Source of the DNA: a virus
Taxonomy: Duplodnaviria; Caudoviricetes
Direction: 5' to 3' (one strand)
Virus record (IMG/VR): IMGVR_UViG_3300037067_008087
Location: 1-64,000 of that record
DNA length: 64,000 nt
In this document: positions 1 to 8,463 of the stretch, piece by piece
How the letters are laid out: each line of letters opens with the position of its first letter
Numbering within the stretch: position 1 is the stretch's first letter
Notes under the pieces: model-generated
What the model was told of the DNA's origin: nothing
What the model saw: the letters and a program-made list of their open reading frames with translations, nothing else
Databases searched by the model: none
Program-made: the position numbers and the translations under genes

Positions 1-115
1 CAAAATCATTGTTTGTGGCAAGTATCTTGGCTGCCTCAATTTCTAACAAGGTTCTTTTGGCTTCATCCTTGTCTATTTCCTTTTTCACTTTTTCCCAATT
101 TTGATCTTCCATTTC

Positions 116-481
116 TTATTTATTTATTTTGATTATAACTTCATAATTTCGCTCATTTAATAAACCAGTTTGATCTGGGTGAGGATCATGATATAATTTT
201 CCGTTTTGATATATACATACATGGCTAACCCCTCGCATACTATTACCAATGACTAAGTAATACTCGTCTTTTATTTTAGAATGGCCGTTTATACTGTACC
301 ATTCATATCCATTCTTGTCAAGCCAATCACATAATATATCTACCCAATTAGAATCGTAATACTCCTGAATCTGAATAACATCTTCGGCAGAATCCTTATC
401 CATTATTGATGCTATCACCGCACTAAAGCAATTACCTCTTTCTCCCTCTCTACAAAATCTTGTTTGTAATACTTTTCTCAT
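116..481 (-). CDS. Hypothetical phage protein with Cys/His motif (possible papain-like fold)
   Basis: 121-aa ORF with GNCFSAVIAS and HVCIYQNGKLYHDPHP; coupled to the upstream ORF by a 4-nt overlap. Confidence 0.55.
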   Translation of the reverse strand: MRKVLQTRFCREGERGNCFSAVIASIMDKDSAEDVIQIQEYYDSNWVDILCDWLDKNGYEWYSINGHSKIKDEYYLVIGNSMRGVSHVCIYQNGKLYHDPHPDQTGLLNERNYEVIIKINK

Positions 482-846
482 CCCTCACCCTCCTTTCTTT
501 CAGGCGGGGCGGGAAGCTGTTCCTTAATCTTGTCACGCAGCCATCCTGCTCCAACACAAAAATCGTGATGTGGCAAAGTAGCGGTTTCGGCAGTTATCTT
601 CATCTCATATTCACGAGATGCGATAAACACTTCCTCATCACTTGGCAGTTTTATCTCCTTAATCTGAGGGAGAATGGATTCGAGGACTTCGATTTTAGCA
701 TGGATTCTTACCGGAGATTCTGGCAAAAACACATGGATGTATTCAGTTTCATTCAGTATCATTTTCAACTCCCCGATCTTGTCGAGGATAATTTGTTTTG
801 CTGTCATGGTTGAGCCTCCTATCTTGAATACCCACAATCGTAACAC
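478..846 (-). CDS. Hypothetical protein
   Basis: 122-aa ORF in the minus-strand block, overlapping the next gene; true start may be internal. Confidence 0.5.
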   Translation of the reverse strand: MLRLWVFKIGGSTMTAKQIILDKIGELKMILNETEYIHVFLPESPVRIHAKIEVLESILPQIKEIKLPSDEEVFIASREYEMKITAETATLPHHDFCVGAGWLRDKIKEQLPAPPERKEGEG

Positions 847-1027
847 TCAATTCCGTTGAAGGCATAATACCCACAAGCGGGACAGCGATAAAGGCAATCG
901 TATAACCTTTTAAGATCAATTCTGTAAGTTTTTGTTTCCATGTTTATTTATTTAGGTTTCTCAATTTCAATTCTCTCCACCTCCTCAACATGGTCAAGGA
1001 GTATCTGCAATAGTTCGTGTGTTGGTT

Positions 1028-1327
1028 TCATGGCTCAATAGCATTAAGCCTATCAATCTCTGCGGCTAATAAAGTTCCGGCAATAATGATGCGATCTTTG
1101 TATGGCTTATTAGACATCTTCTGCCATAAATCATAATCCCAACCATAAGGAGGCAAGTTTTCCTTATTATATACTTTCCCAGTAATTAATAACTCAGCCG
1201 CCAAAGAAAGTTGCTTAAGATTATTAATCCGAACGTCGTATTCAACAGTTCTACCATGCTTTTCAATCTGTTCTTTGCGTTCCTGAGCAATAAGCTCAAT
1301 CCCTGTAAGTTTCTGTTTCGTTTCCAT
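1028..1327 (-). CDS. Hypothetical phage protein
   Basis: 99-aa ORF; A-rich leader AATAAATAAAACT-ATG. Confidence 0.65.
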   Translation of the reverse strand: METKQKLTGIELIAQERKEQIEKHGRTVEYDVRINNLKQLSLAAELLITGKVYNKENLPPYGWDYDLWQKMSNKPYKDRIIIAGTLLAAEIDRLNAIEP

Positions 1328-1360
1328 AGTTTTATTTATTGTGCCTTGCGGCGGTTATTT
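1321..1360. repeat. 40-bp direct repeat, copy 1 (copy 2 at 3114-3153)
   Basis: TTTCCATAGTTTTATTTATTGTGCCTTGCGGCGGTTATTT is identical at both loci. Confidence 0.95.
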
Positions 1361-1555
1361 TAATTTCAAATCAAATACTTCCTCAGCTTCCTGTAATTCA
1401 TCAATTAAGTATTGGCATACTGCAACCCAATCGCCTTCAAAGTCCTGTATGTACCATTGCGGGGCTTCTCCGTGCTGTTCCACAACTCTCAGATAAGTTC
1501 CTGAATCGGTGTAATAAACACGGCTTACTTTTACTACTATGCTTTCTATTTTCAT
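1355..1555 (-). CDS. Hypothetical protein
   Basis: 66-aa ORF in a tightly packed minus-strand run. Confidence 0.5.
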   Translation of the reverse strand: MKIESIVVKVSRVYYTDSGTYLRVVEQHGEAPQWYIQDFEGDWVAVCQYLIDELQEAEEVFDLKLK

Positions 1556-1770
1556 AACACAATCTTACCGTTAGTTAGCACCTTGATAATAGCAAAGTAT
1601 GTGTCATTACACCTGTTGCGTTGGTTAAGCCAATCAATGAAATACTCATTGAGTTCAGGGTTACCTATTGCACCAATACAACGTGTTAGTTTATCTTCTA
1701 TCTCTTGCAGCTTTACTACCTGCTCTTTGTGAATGTCTATTTTGACATCAATTAATTTATTTTGGTTCAT
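1552..1770 (-). CDS. Hypothetical protein
   Basis: 72-aa ORF, 4-nt overlap with its neighbour. Confidence 0.5.
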   Translation of the reverse strand: MNQNKLIDVKIDIHKEQVVKLQEIEDKLTRCIGAIGNPELNEYFIDWLNQRNRCNDTYFAIIKVLTNGKIVL

Positions 1771-1773
1771 TTT

Positions 1774-2046
1774 TTATTTCTCTCCTTTGATTAAACAATT
1801 AAGCACTTGTATTTTCCCTTCATAAATTTTCCTATCGACTATTCCTGCATCTCCGGCTTGATCCATTAATTTAAAAACTGTTTTTTCATTATCAATCACC
1901 GCCCTAATTCGCTGTTCCCATTGATAATTCGCCCAATCAACCCCATAATCCCATCCAATTTCAATACATTCAAATTGTTTTGCATCTTCTTTTATGATAA
2001 ACCTTGCCTTGCAAAGCCCATCAAGTTTCTGTTGTTCTGTTATCAT
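1774..2046 (-). CDS. Hypothetical protein
   Basis: 90-aa ORF in the packed run. Confidence 0.5.
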   Translation of the reverse strand: MITEQQKLDGLCKARFIIKEDAKQFECIEIGWDYGVDWANYQWEQRIRAVIDNEKTVFKLMDQAGDAGIVDRKIYEGKIQVLNCLIKGEK

Positions 2047-2231
2047 TGTTTAGCGATTAACAAAACTTCTTTAGCTATCTTCTTCATGCCTATCTGCATA
2101 TCCTGAAGGAACTTATGCTGAAGCATCCGGTAAACATCTATTGAATCTTCAGCCTTTGTTATCGCATCAGGATTATCCGCTATGGTTTTATACAGCCAGT
2201 TCATTAGTAATAAGTGATTGTCTTTTGTCAT
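2043..2231 (-). CDS. Hypothetical protein
   Basis: 62-aa ORF with overlaps on both sides. Confidence 0.5.
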   Translation of the reverse strand: MTKDNHLLLMNWLYKTIADNPDAITKAEDSIDVYRMLQHKFLQDMQIGMKKIAKEVLLIAKQ

Positions 2232-2617
2232 TGCTGTTCCTCCTGATAATCATCCTCATAATCATAATCATAATCAAATTGTGCTTGCCAGTTTTCATCC
2301 TGATACCGTTTGAGCATGGCAATTTCTTTAATAGTTCTGTCGCCCTCTGCTTTTAAAGCTATACTCCTGCACTGCTCTTCAAAGTTTCTCATTTTGTATT
2401 CGCCATCATTACGTTTAGCAGCCATTTCTTTAGCAATTTTATACTGCTTCACCGCTTTATCGCAAAGCCTTTGACAATCTTTACGGGCATTGTCTATTTC
2501 ATCCTTACTTACCCCTTCTTCGTTTTCAAGGGACATGCATGTTTCAAAATGTGAGTAATCGTAACTCAACATTATTTTTACACTTGCTGATTTAATTTTC
2601 GTTTCCATTTCACTCAT
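2228..2617 (-). CDS. Hypothetical protein
   Basis: 129-aa ORF with an acidic C-terminus. Confidence 0.6.
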   Translation of the reverse strand: MSEMETKIKSASVKIMLSYDYSHFETCMSLENEEGVSKDEIDNARKDCQRLCDKAVKQYKIAKEMAAKRNDGEYKMRNFEEQCRSIALKAEGDRTIKEIAMLKRYQDENWQAQFDYDYDYEDDYQEEQQ

Positions 2618-2903
2618 TATTTTTGGTTAATACTTCACTTGCTTTCTCAACAGCCTCAAACCACATTTCAGGTGTAGGCTGTCCTGATAATAGCCCTTCC
2701 TGTTCGCAGTTATGAAGGTGGACGAGTTCGGAGAGGGCTTCCTCCAGCTCCTTTATCCGCTTGTCCTTCTCGGTGGTTTGATTCTCACATAATGCCACAC
2801 CCCAATCAATCATTAAATGATCATTTTCAGCCAATCCCATATCTTGAAGGTCAAAAAACTTTTTGTAATGGCTTGATACTTTTATTCGTGATACTTTTGT
2901 CAT
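2610..2903 (-). CDS. Hypothetical protein
   Basis: 97-aa ORF. Confidence 0.5.
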   Translation of the reverse strand: MTKVSRIKVSSHYKKFFDLQDMGLAENDHLMIDWGVALCENQTTEKDKRIKELEEALSELVHLHNCEQEGLLSGQPTPEMWFEAVEKASEVLTKNNE

Positions 2904-2919
2904 TACTGTTCCTCCTAAT

Positions 2920-3120
2920 TTATTTTTTATAAAAACTCAATAGACTTTCAGCGGCTTCTATCTTCTTCATTATATCCACCATAAGCCGTGCGGCATGAAT
3001 ATTAGTACCATGATTTACCACCAATATTACATAGTCATTCCTCAATCCCTGTATTTGCTCTGTTATCACGTTTCTAAGGATTTCACGTTGTTCCAATTCT
3101 TGTGCGTCTGTTTTTTCCAT
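2920..3120 (-). CDS. Hypothetical protein
   Basis: 66-aa ORF with the same leader as the 1028-1327 gene. Confidence 0.6.
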   Translation of the reverse strand: MEKTDAQELEQREILRNVITEQIQGLRNDYVILVVNHGTNIHAARLMVDIMKKIEAAESLLSFYKK

Positions 3121-3153
3121 AGTTTTATTTATTGTGCCTTGCGGCGGTTATTT
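3114..3153. repeat. 40-bp direct repeat, copy 2
   Basis: Identical to 1321-1360. Confidence 0.95.
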
Positions 3154-3188
3154 CGGTAATTACCTCAAATTCAAGTTAAGTATATCCT

Positions 3189-3725
3189 TTATTGAGCCAA
3201 TAAGTATTTCATAACCTCAATCTGTTTCAGATAAGGCTGTAAGTGTTCGGTATCTGCATGGACTTCCCTTACCCTCGCTTCAAAGGCATTAAGACTACCT
3301 TTAAAACACCCGCATACTATCTGTGCATCGTTCGCATTTGTCCAATAACAAGCTGTTTGCGCTTGCCGTGAGCCAACTTTGGGAGTTATATACCGTTGCG
3401 GATTTTCTTCATACCCGGAGCAACGGGAGCAATCGGAGCAATTGGAGCAACCGGAGCAACGGGAGCAACGGGAGCAATCGGAGCAACCGGAGCAACCGGA
3501 GCAACCGGAGCAACGGGAGCAATCGGAGCAACCGGAGCAACCGGAGCAACCGGAGCAATCGGAGCAACCGGAGCAACCGGAGCAACCGGAGCAATCGGAG
3601 CAATCGGAGCAATCTATTAATGATTCACTTTTTTTAGCTGCCGACTCTTCTGTTTCATAATCAGCATCCCATCGGTTGTTATTCTCGTCGTAATACCAGC
3701 CGTCTTTTAAGGTTATTTTATTCAT
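3189..3725 (-). CDS. Cys-Ser-x repeat protein (probable beta-solenoid) with a conserved phage C-terminal GSR...CGCF domain
   Basis: 178 aa; (CSx)n tract followed by VGSRQAQT...[17 protein letters not shown], a tail seen after repeat tracts in phage proteins. Confidence 0.7.
   Translation of the reverse strand: MNKITLKDGWYYDENNNRWDADYETEESAAKKSESLIDCSDCSDCSGCSGCSGCSDCSGCSGCSGCSDCSRCSGCSGCSGCSDCSRCSRCSGCSNCSDCSRCSGYEENPQRYITPKVGSRQAQTACYWTNANDAQIVCGCFKGSLNAFEARVREVHADTEHLQPYLKQIEVMKYLLAQ
3417..3614. repeat. Tandem 9-bp repeat GGAGCAANN, 22 units
   Basis: Directly visible; encodes CSx on the minus strand. Confidence 0.97.
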
Positions 3726-3810
3726 TGTTTTGGTTTTTAATGGTTATCATCTTATCCGTTTTGTCATATCCCCCGCCGGGAGTTGTTTGTGATATGTATA
3801 GTTTCATGAG

Positions 3811-4713
3811 TTATTGGTTGTTATATTGTTCTATTGCCTTGAATATTTGATAAGCTACTTGCGGAACAATTGCGTTCCCCATAGCTTTTATAGATTCGTT
3901 TCTCCATTTAGGAAAGGTAATACCAACCAGTCTGTCGGAAAGCCCATCATTTCTGCCACGAAGAGGGGATTGAGTTGGGAAGTTGTCCCATCTCCCAGGT
4001 CTGCTGCCAAGTGACTTTTCCCTTTCTGTGAAGGACTGTTCTCTATCCCGTTGGTATCCAGTGTCGTGGGTGTCGGTAATAAACCATTTAAAGCCATTTG
4101 TTCCAGATTTAGGCCAAAATTTATTCCCGTTGTTTTGCTGATATTTTTTCCATCCGTCAACTTCCGATGTCCGTATTCGCATTGTGTTGTGGGCAACAAT
4201 CCAAACCCTGTCCCTTCGGTGCGGTGCGTTGACGGCACAAGCTGGAAGTACATACGGTTGCACTTCGTACCCTTCAGCTTCCAGGTCAGCCTGCACTTGG
4301 TCGAATACCAATCCCCCTGACCAATTAACAAAGCCGAAAACGTTTTCGCCCACAATCCATTGCGGTTGAATCTCCCGTATTGCTCTAAGCATTTCCGGCC
4401 AGAGGTGGCGGTTATCTTCTGTGCCTTTTCGTTTCCCTGCAAGTGAATACGGTTGACACGATCACGGGAACCCACCGGTGACGATAATGTCGTCATTTCT
4501 CCAGTGGGTTCCAAATCGTTTTGTAAGTTCAATATTAATTGTGTCATAAGTAAGTGTATGTATGTCTCCATGATGATAAGAGTTAGGCCAATAGTGGGCC
4601 AACACTTTTTGCCCAAATGGGTTTATCTCACAAGTGACACGTGTTTCCCATCCTATCCACTCAGCCGCTAATGAAAACCCTCCAATTCCTTCAAATAATC
4701 CTATGTGTATCAC
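3811..4713 (-). pseudogene. C5 cytosine DNA methyltransferase large subunit, interrupted by an in-frame TGA in motif IV
   Basis: Motif I LFEGIGG, motif IV GGFP*SCQPYS, motif VI GENV, motif VIII HRRDRVWIVA, motif X GNAIVPQVA. ORFs 4462-4713 and 3811-4392 share one frame. Confidence 0.85.
3888..4496 (-). CDS. Alternative-frame methyltransferase small subunit (motif IX), nested in the MTase gene
   Basis: Long second-frame ORF with LLPTPT and LNPLFVAEMMGFPTDW (motif IX-like); motif IX is absent from the main frame; likely start at MTTL (4496). Confidence 0.7.
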   Translation of the reverse strand: MTTLSSPVGSRDRVNRIHLQGNEKAQKITATSGRKCLEQYGRFNRNGLWAKTFSALLIGQGDWYSTKCRLTWKLKGTKCNRMYFQLVPSTHRTEGTGFGLLPTTQCEYGHRKLTDGKNISKTTGINFGLNLEQMALNGLLPTPTTLDTNGIENSPSQKGKSHLAADLGDGTTSQLNPLFVAEMMGFPTDWLVLPFLNGETNL

Positions 4714-5128
4714 GTTTCCTTCCTTTGGTATATTGATTATTGTGTGGACTATATTTTTTTGTATGTTCTGATTTAGGTAAACATTCTAAATTCTCAATTC
4801 TATTATTTGCCCTATTCTCATCTATGTGGTGAATATCATGACCCTTTGGAATTTTATGTTTTTCTTTCTCCCAAACATACCTATGCATCAATGTTCGTTC
4901 ATTGGTAGTCAATGAATAATACCCTGTATTCCTAAGTGTAAATTTTTTGCCATCATAAAACTGGTGTGGTTTAAAATTTACTCCCCTAAGCGTAAATCCT
5001 CTTTCTTTAAAGGCTTTATAAACACATTGTCTTGTCACGCCGATTTCTGTCGCTACCTGCTCAAGCGATAACCCATCAAGGTACATCTGGTATGCACTAT
5101 CATAAACAGGATTTCTTTTATTTGCCAT
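4691..5128 (-). CDS. HNH endonuclease with N-terminal HTH
   Basis: MHRYVWE...DIHHIDENRANNRIENLECL...H motif; overlaps the MTase start. Confidence 0.85.
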   Translation of the reverse strand: MANKRNPVYDSAYQMYLDGLSLEQVATEIGVTRQCVYKAFKERGFTLRGVNFKPHQFYDGKKFTLRNTGYYSLTTNERTLMHRYVWEKEKHKIPKGHDIHHIDENRANNRIENLECLPKSEHTKKYSPHNNQYTKGRKRDTHRII

Positions 5129-5211
5129 AGTTCAAATATACAATGTAATGTTGACGTATGCAAATCTTTTGTTTAAAAAAGAACCAATTCCCGAAAATAA
5201 ACTCCCGTGTT

Positions 5212-5454
5212 TCATGCACTCCTCAATCCTTTATTCCAGGGTATAGTACCCTTTTTAAACTTATTATCTATTAGTGTTTTACTCATACAGCTTGCCCTAT
5301 ATGACTTGTCTTTCTTTATCCCAAGTGCAAACGCCCTTGCATAGATAGCATATACACTTACCCCGTATCTCTCTGCTAATACTTTATTCGGAGTGTTGGA
5401 GTAATCCCGTGTTAGGGATTTGTGTTCAAAGTTTGTCCAAGAATGATAATTCAT
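5212..5454 (-). CDS. Small HTH-like protein resembling the N-terminus of HNH-associated proteins
   Basis: PNKVLAERYGVSVYAIYARA and FKKGTIPWNKG. Confidence 0.5.
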   Translation of the reverse strand: MNYHSWTNFEHKSLTRDYSNTPNKVLAERYGVSVYAIYARAFALGIKKDKSYRASCMSKTLIDNKFKKGTIPWNKGLRSA

Positions 5455-5683
5455 GATTTTAAATTAAATATTCGCCTAAATAGCCCCTGACTGGATGAGG
5501 GTGTTGAGGTCGGAAATTACATCTGTGAGTACCTTGTGCTTGCCTAAATACCACTGTCTTAGTGGTGTTGGCATTTTATATTCTAAATCATCTGTAATAT
5601 TGGTCAATTCGTCCTGGTACTTATCCCTTAGTTCTGTTGTGGTCATGGCTATTCCTCCTTAATTTTTAGTGGTTTCATATTGT

Positions 5684-5905
5684 TTAATTAAGTTCGTAAT
5701 CATAATCTTTTCTCTTATCCCAATTAACACCCCCATCTTTAACGGGGATTTCTGATATCAGCTGGTCTGTAACCTTACAATAACCAAGTCCGTTAAGTTG
5801 GCAATACTGCCGCGCCAACCCTTTAGAAGGGGCTTCGATATTAGGGCCACAGAAAGTTTTAACCTTACCATCTACAATAGCTTTTATTTCAGTTGTCCAC
5901 ATCAT
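5684..5905 (-). CDS. Hypothetical protein
   Basis: 73-aa ORF. Confidence 0.55.
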   Translation of the reverse strand: MMWTTEIKAIVDGKVKTFCGPNIEAPSKGLARQYCQLNGLGYCKVTDQLISEIPVKDGGVNWDKRKDYDYELN

Positions 5906-6202
5906 ATACTCTCGTCCTCCAGTATTTCTTTTTTTATTAACTTATCAACCAACGCATTATAACACTCAGCCAATGTGTTAAAGCTAATGCTTAAAGAATA
6001 AAGCCTATAAGCTAACACCACAACCCATACACATAGGATAGCGTCTATCATTTTAGAATAAGTTTAAGTATTTCAATCGCCCCCTTTAATTGGGCGGCTT
6101 CCATTATACCGCCTATAGTAGTGGAGTTCTTAATAGCCTCAAATCTAATCTCTAAATTTTTAAGCATCTTTTCGTATAGTTCCCTTTTAAGAATAATCTT
6201 AC

Positions 6203-6388
6203 TCATGCCTCTATCATTATTTTAATTTCATAACCAAGATAAGAGGCATAACGAAGGGCTAAGCCCAACTTCATGTCCTCTTTCTTTTCAAGGCGGGACA
6301 ACATGGATCGGCTTATCCCCAAATGGCTAGCCATTTCACTCACACTAACCTTGTGGAATTTCCTGAGTTCTATTAGTTTGTGGATCAT
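6203..6388 (-). CDS. Cro/CI-type HTH protein
   Basis: LRKFHKVSVSEMASHLGISRSMLSRLEK. Confidence 0.75.
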   Translation of the reverse strand: MIHKLIELRKFHKVSVSEMASHLGISRSMLSRLEKKEDMKLGLALRYASYLGYEIKIMIEA

Positions 6389-6672
6389 ACTATCTTTAAT
6401 GATTTAAGCCAATGCCACTGACTTTTAAATATCTCTACTAAACTTAGATTGTCAAAATTCAAAAACAACCATGAAAATAAAGTGATAAAAAGCCATATAA
6501 CAATAATAATAATTAATGCTGCGAACAAACAGCCAATAACCGGGAATCCATCGTCGTCCTCATATTTATATCCACAATGCTCACAGACTTCTATTTTACT
6601 TTCTTTCATCCCGCACTTAGGGCATACTGGTTCTTCCGTTGTCCTATGGGGAATAATAATAGGGACTATCAT
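6385..6672 (-). CDS. Zn-ribbon plus transmembrane protein
   Basis: CPKC...CEHC followed by a hydrophobic helix. Confidence 0.6.
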   Translation of the reverse strand: MIVPIIIPHRTTEEPVCPKCGMKESKIEVCEHCGYKYEDDDGFPVIGCLFAALIIIIVIWLFITLFSWLFLNFDNLSLVEIFKSQWHWLKSLKIV

Positions 6673-6696
6673 TTTTTTTATGTTTAATTGTTAATT

Positions 6697-6912
6697 TCAT
6701 GTTTTTTGTGGGAGCAACTCTATGCCGTGCTGTACGTCGCCAACAATAGAAACATACTGTAAATCATCTCCCTCTATCTTATACCACCCATCATACATCG
6801 GGTCTTCATTAGGCTCTACCGCATCTACTCTCCATATAACCCCATCCTTCCCAAAAAACAAGATCATAGGCTCTAACCACTTCCCAGTCTTGCTGTTATA
6901 TACTTTTATCAT
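6697..6912 (-). CDS. Hypothetical protein
   Basis: 71-aa ORF. Confidence 0.55.
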   Translation of the reverse strand: MIKVYNSKTGKWLEPMILFFGKDGVIWRVDAVEPNEDPMYDGWYKIEGDDLQYVSIVGDVQHGIELLPQKT

Positions 6913-7187
6913 TTGTGTTTTATTATTTTCAACTGATCTCTATTAAACCAAGCTATAACGTTACCATCGCCATACCTACTCTTACTTAAAGAATATTCGT
7001 CGTCAGAAATTTCACCTACATACCACTTAGTCCCTACAAGTTCTGGACTTATATCAACAGCAATATAATCACCAAACCCTCCCCCGTCTATTAAAACATC
7101 GCTTGGGGACACTAAGTCCTTTCTGACCCACCCAATACCCCCATAATTAACTATCTTAACACGATCTCCTATTTTAAGCCTTTTCAT
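6909..7187 (-). CDS. Hypothetical protein (KOW/SH3-like start)
   Basis: LKIGDRVKIV. Confidence 0.55.
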   Translation of the reverse strand: MKRLKIGDRVKIVNYGGIGWVRKDLVSPSDVLIDGGGFGDYIAVDISPELVGTKWYVGEISDDEYSLSKSRYGDGNVIAWFNRDQLKIIKHK

Positions 7188-7542
7188 CTCCCTTTATTTT
7201 AAGTTCCTCTCCCGTTAGACTGTATATTAGGTTCTGTAAGGTGTGGACATAATCTACAAGAAGAGATTCAAACCCAACAACAAACCAACATCCGGGTACA
7301 TCATTATATGCAATTTTAAACGTTTCCTTGTAGGGATCATAATCTAAACTCCAATACCATGAATCTTCTGGTTTTATAAACCCAAACCTTTCCAACCACT
7401 CTTCTGTTAGGGGTATGGGAGAAGCCCATGATTCATCGTGTTCTATTCCTTTTAAAGTGTTTACAATAATCTCAACAATAGAATCCCCCTCCTCGTCGTG
7501 GATTGTCACATAATTCCCGATTCTTAATTCTTGTGGTCTCAT
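7174..7542 (-). CDS. Hypothetical phage protein
   Basis: ELRIGNYV...PIPLTEEWLERFGF...VHTLQNL...LTGEEL pattern. Confidence 0.65.
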   Translation of the reverse strand: MRPQELRIGNYVTIHDEEGDSIVEIIVNTLKGIEHDESWASPIPLTEEWLERFGFIKPEDSWYWSLDYDPYKETFKIAYNDVPGCWFVVGFESLLVDYVHTLQNLIYSLTGEELKIKGDEKA

Positions 7543-7892
7543 CTATGTCTTTTTCTTTTAAACATCCAAACTATAGCATCTTTAGGAAGAGGGGTTTTAT
7601 CACAATCTAGATATTCGCCCCGACCAAACACAAAGGGGGCTTCCACCTCATACCCATCTATCTGCTTAACAGTACCATCATCATATCCTACAAGCATTAC
7701 CCCCGGAACAGTATCTTGTATAATTTCATAAGATGTAGTATCAATAAGCACAGCATCCCATTGCCCATATGCCTGAGAGCATACAAGAAGCAAAATAAAT
7801 AAATTAGTCTTCATCTTTGTTGTTTTTAGATACCCAAATGTAAAACCAAGTAAGAAGCCCGCACATAATAAAAATGGCTGCACATATACCAC
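7539..7892 (-). CDS. Small exported/membrane protein
   Basis: Hydrophobic N-terminus; internal MKTNLFILLLVCSQAYG-Q resembles a signal peptide. Confidence 0.55.
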   Translation of the reverse strand: MVYVQPFLLCAGFLLGFTFGYLKTTKMKTNLFILLLVCSQAYGQWDAVLIDTTSYEIIQDTVPGVMLVGYDDGTVKQIDGYEVEAPFVFGRGEYLDCDKTPLPKDAIVWMFKRKRHR

Positions 7893-7982
7893 TAATCCAT
7901 GGTATTGTATGGAAAGAAACCACAGAGAGTATTAAGTACACTATAGAGCAGACGGCTAGAATGATTGAATAAATGTATTTCA

Positions 7983-8198
7983 TTATTTTAAAAGTTTAGT
8001 TGCTATTTTAATTATAAGCCAATTAATAAATATAGACACAAAAAAAGAAGCGAACATAACAGCTACCCATTTAATTAGTGCGAGTGTGTCTCCGGGTGGG
8101 ACGTCCATATGCTCAGCTAACCAGCAAAATCCCGCTATCTCAGCCACAATAATAACAAAAGTAAAAAAATACACCAGACCGTTAGTAATGTGTTTCAT
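7983..8198 (-). CDS. Two-TM membrane protein
   Basis: Two hydrophobic helices. Confidence 0.55.
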   Translation of the reverse strand: MKHITNGLVYFFTFVIIVAEIAGFCWLAEHMDVPPGDTLALIKWVAVMFASFFVSIFINWLIIKIATKLLK

Positions 8199-8212
8199 TA
8201 TTTTAAAAATAT

Positions 8213-8404
8213 CTATTTTAATACAATCTTTAATTCATACCCCAACTCATCCAAGTAATCCTCCAACTTATCTACCCGTATATGCCTGACACCCCTCTCG
8301 TACTCCGACAGCGTTACCCTGCCCACCCCCAGCCTCTTGGACATGTCGGCCTGTGATACCCCATGTAGCTTTCTTAACTCCCGCATTTTATTCTCTATTG
8401 ACAT
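8213..8404 (-). CDS. Cro/CI-type HTH regulator
   Basis: LRKLHGVSQADMSKRLGVGRVTLSEYERG; first gene of the leftward block. Confidence 0.8.
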   Translation of the reverse strand: MSIENKMRELRKLHGVSQADMSKRLGVGRVTLSEYERGVRHIRVDKLEDYLDELGYELKIVLK

Positions 8405-8455
8405 AATGTTCTATTTTGTCGGAGGGAAACCCCTGTTTTTGTTCCAAATATCATA

Positions 8456-8463
8456 CAAAGTTA
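8456..8463 (-). promoter_or_regulatory. Bacteroidota -7 promoter element (TAACTTTG)
   Basis: Matches TAnnTTTG about 50 nt upstream of the HTH gene. Confidence 0.6.

Noticed and set aside
3417-3614. CRISPR array
   Set aside because: Contiguous 9-bp units with no spacers; no cas genes and no repeat-spacer structure seen elsewhere in the window
3323-3660. Plus-strand collagen-like (GAT/GAI), EQP and SNR ORFs, and the minus-strand LLR ORF
   Set aside because: These are shadow frames of the stop-free 9-bp repeat; only the CSx frame has unique flanking domains and matches the local gene orientation
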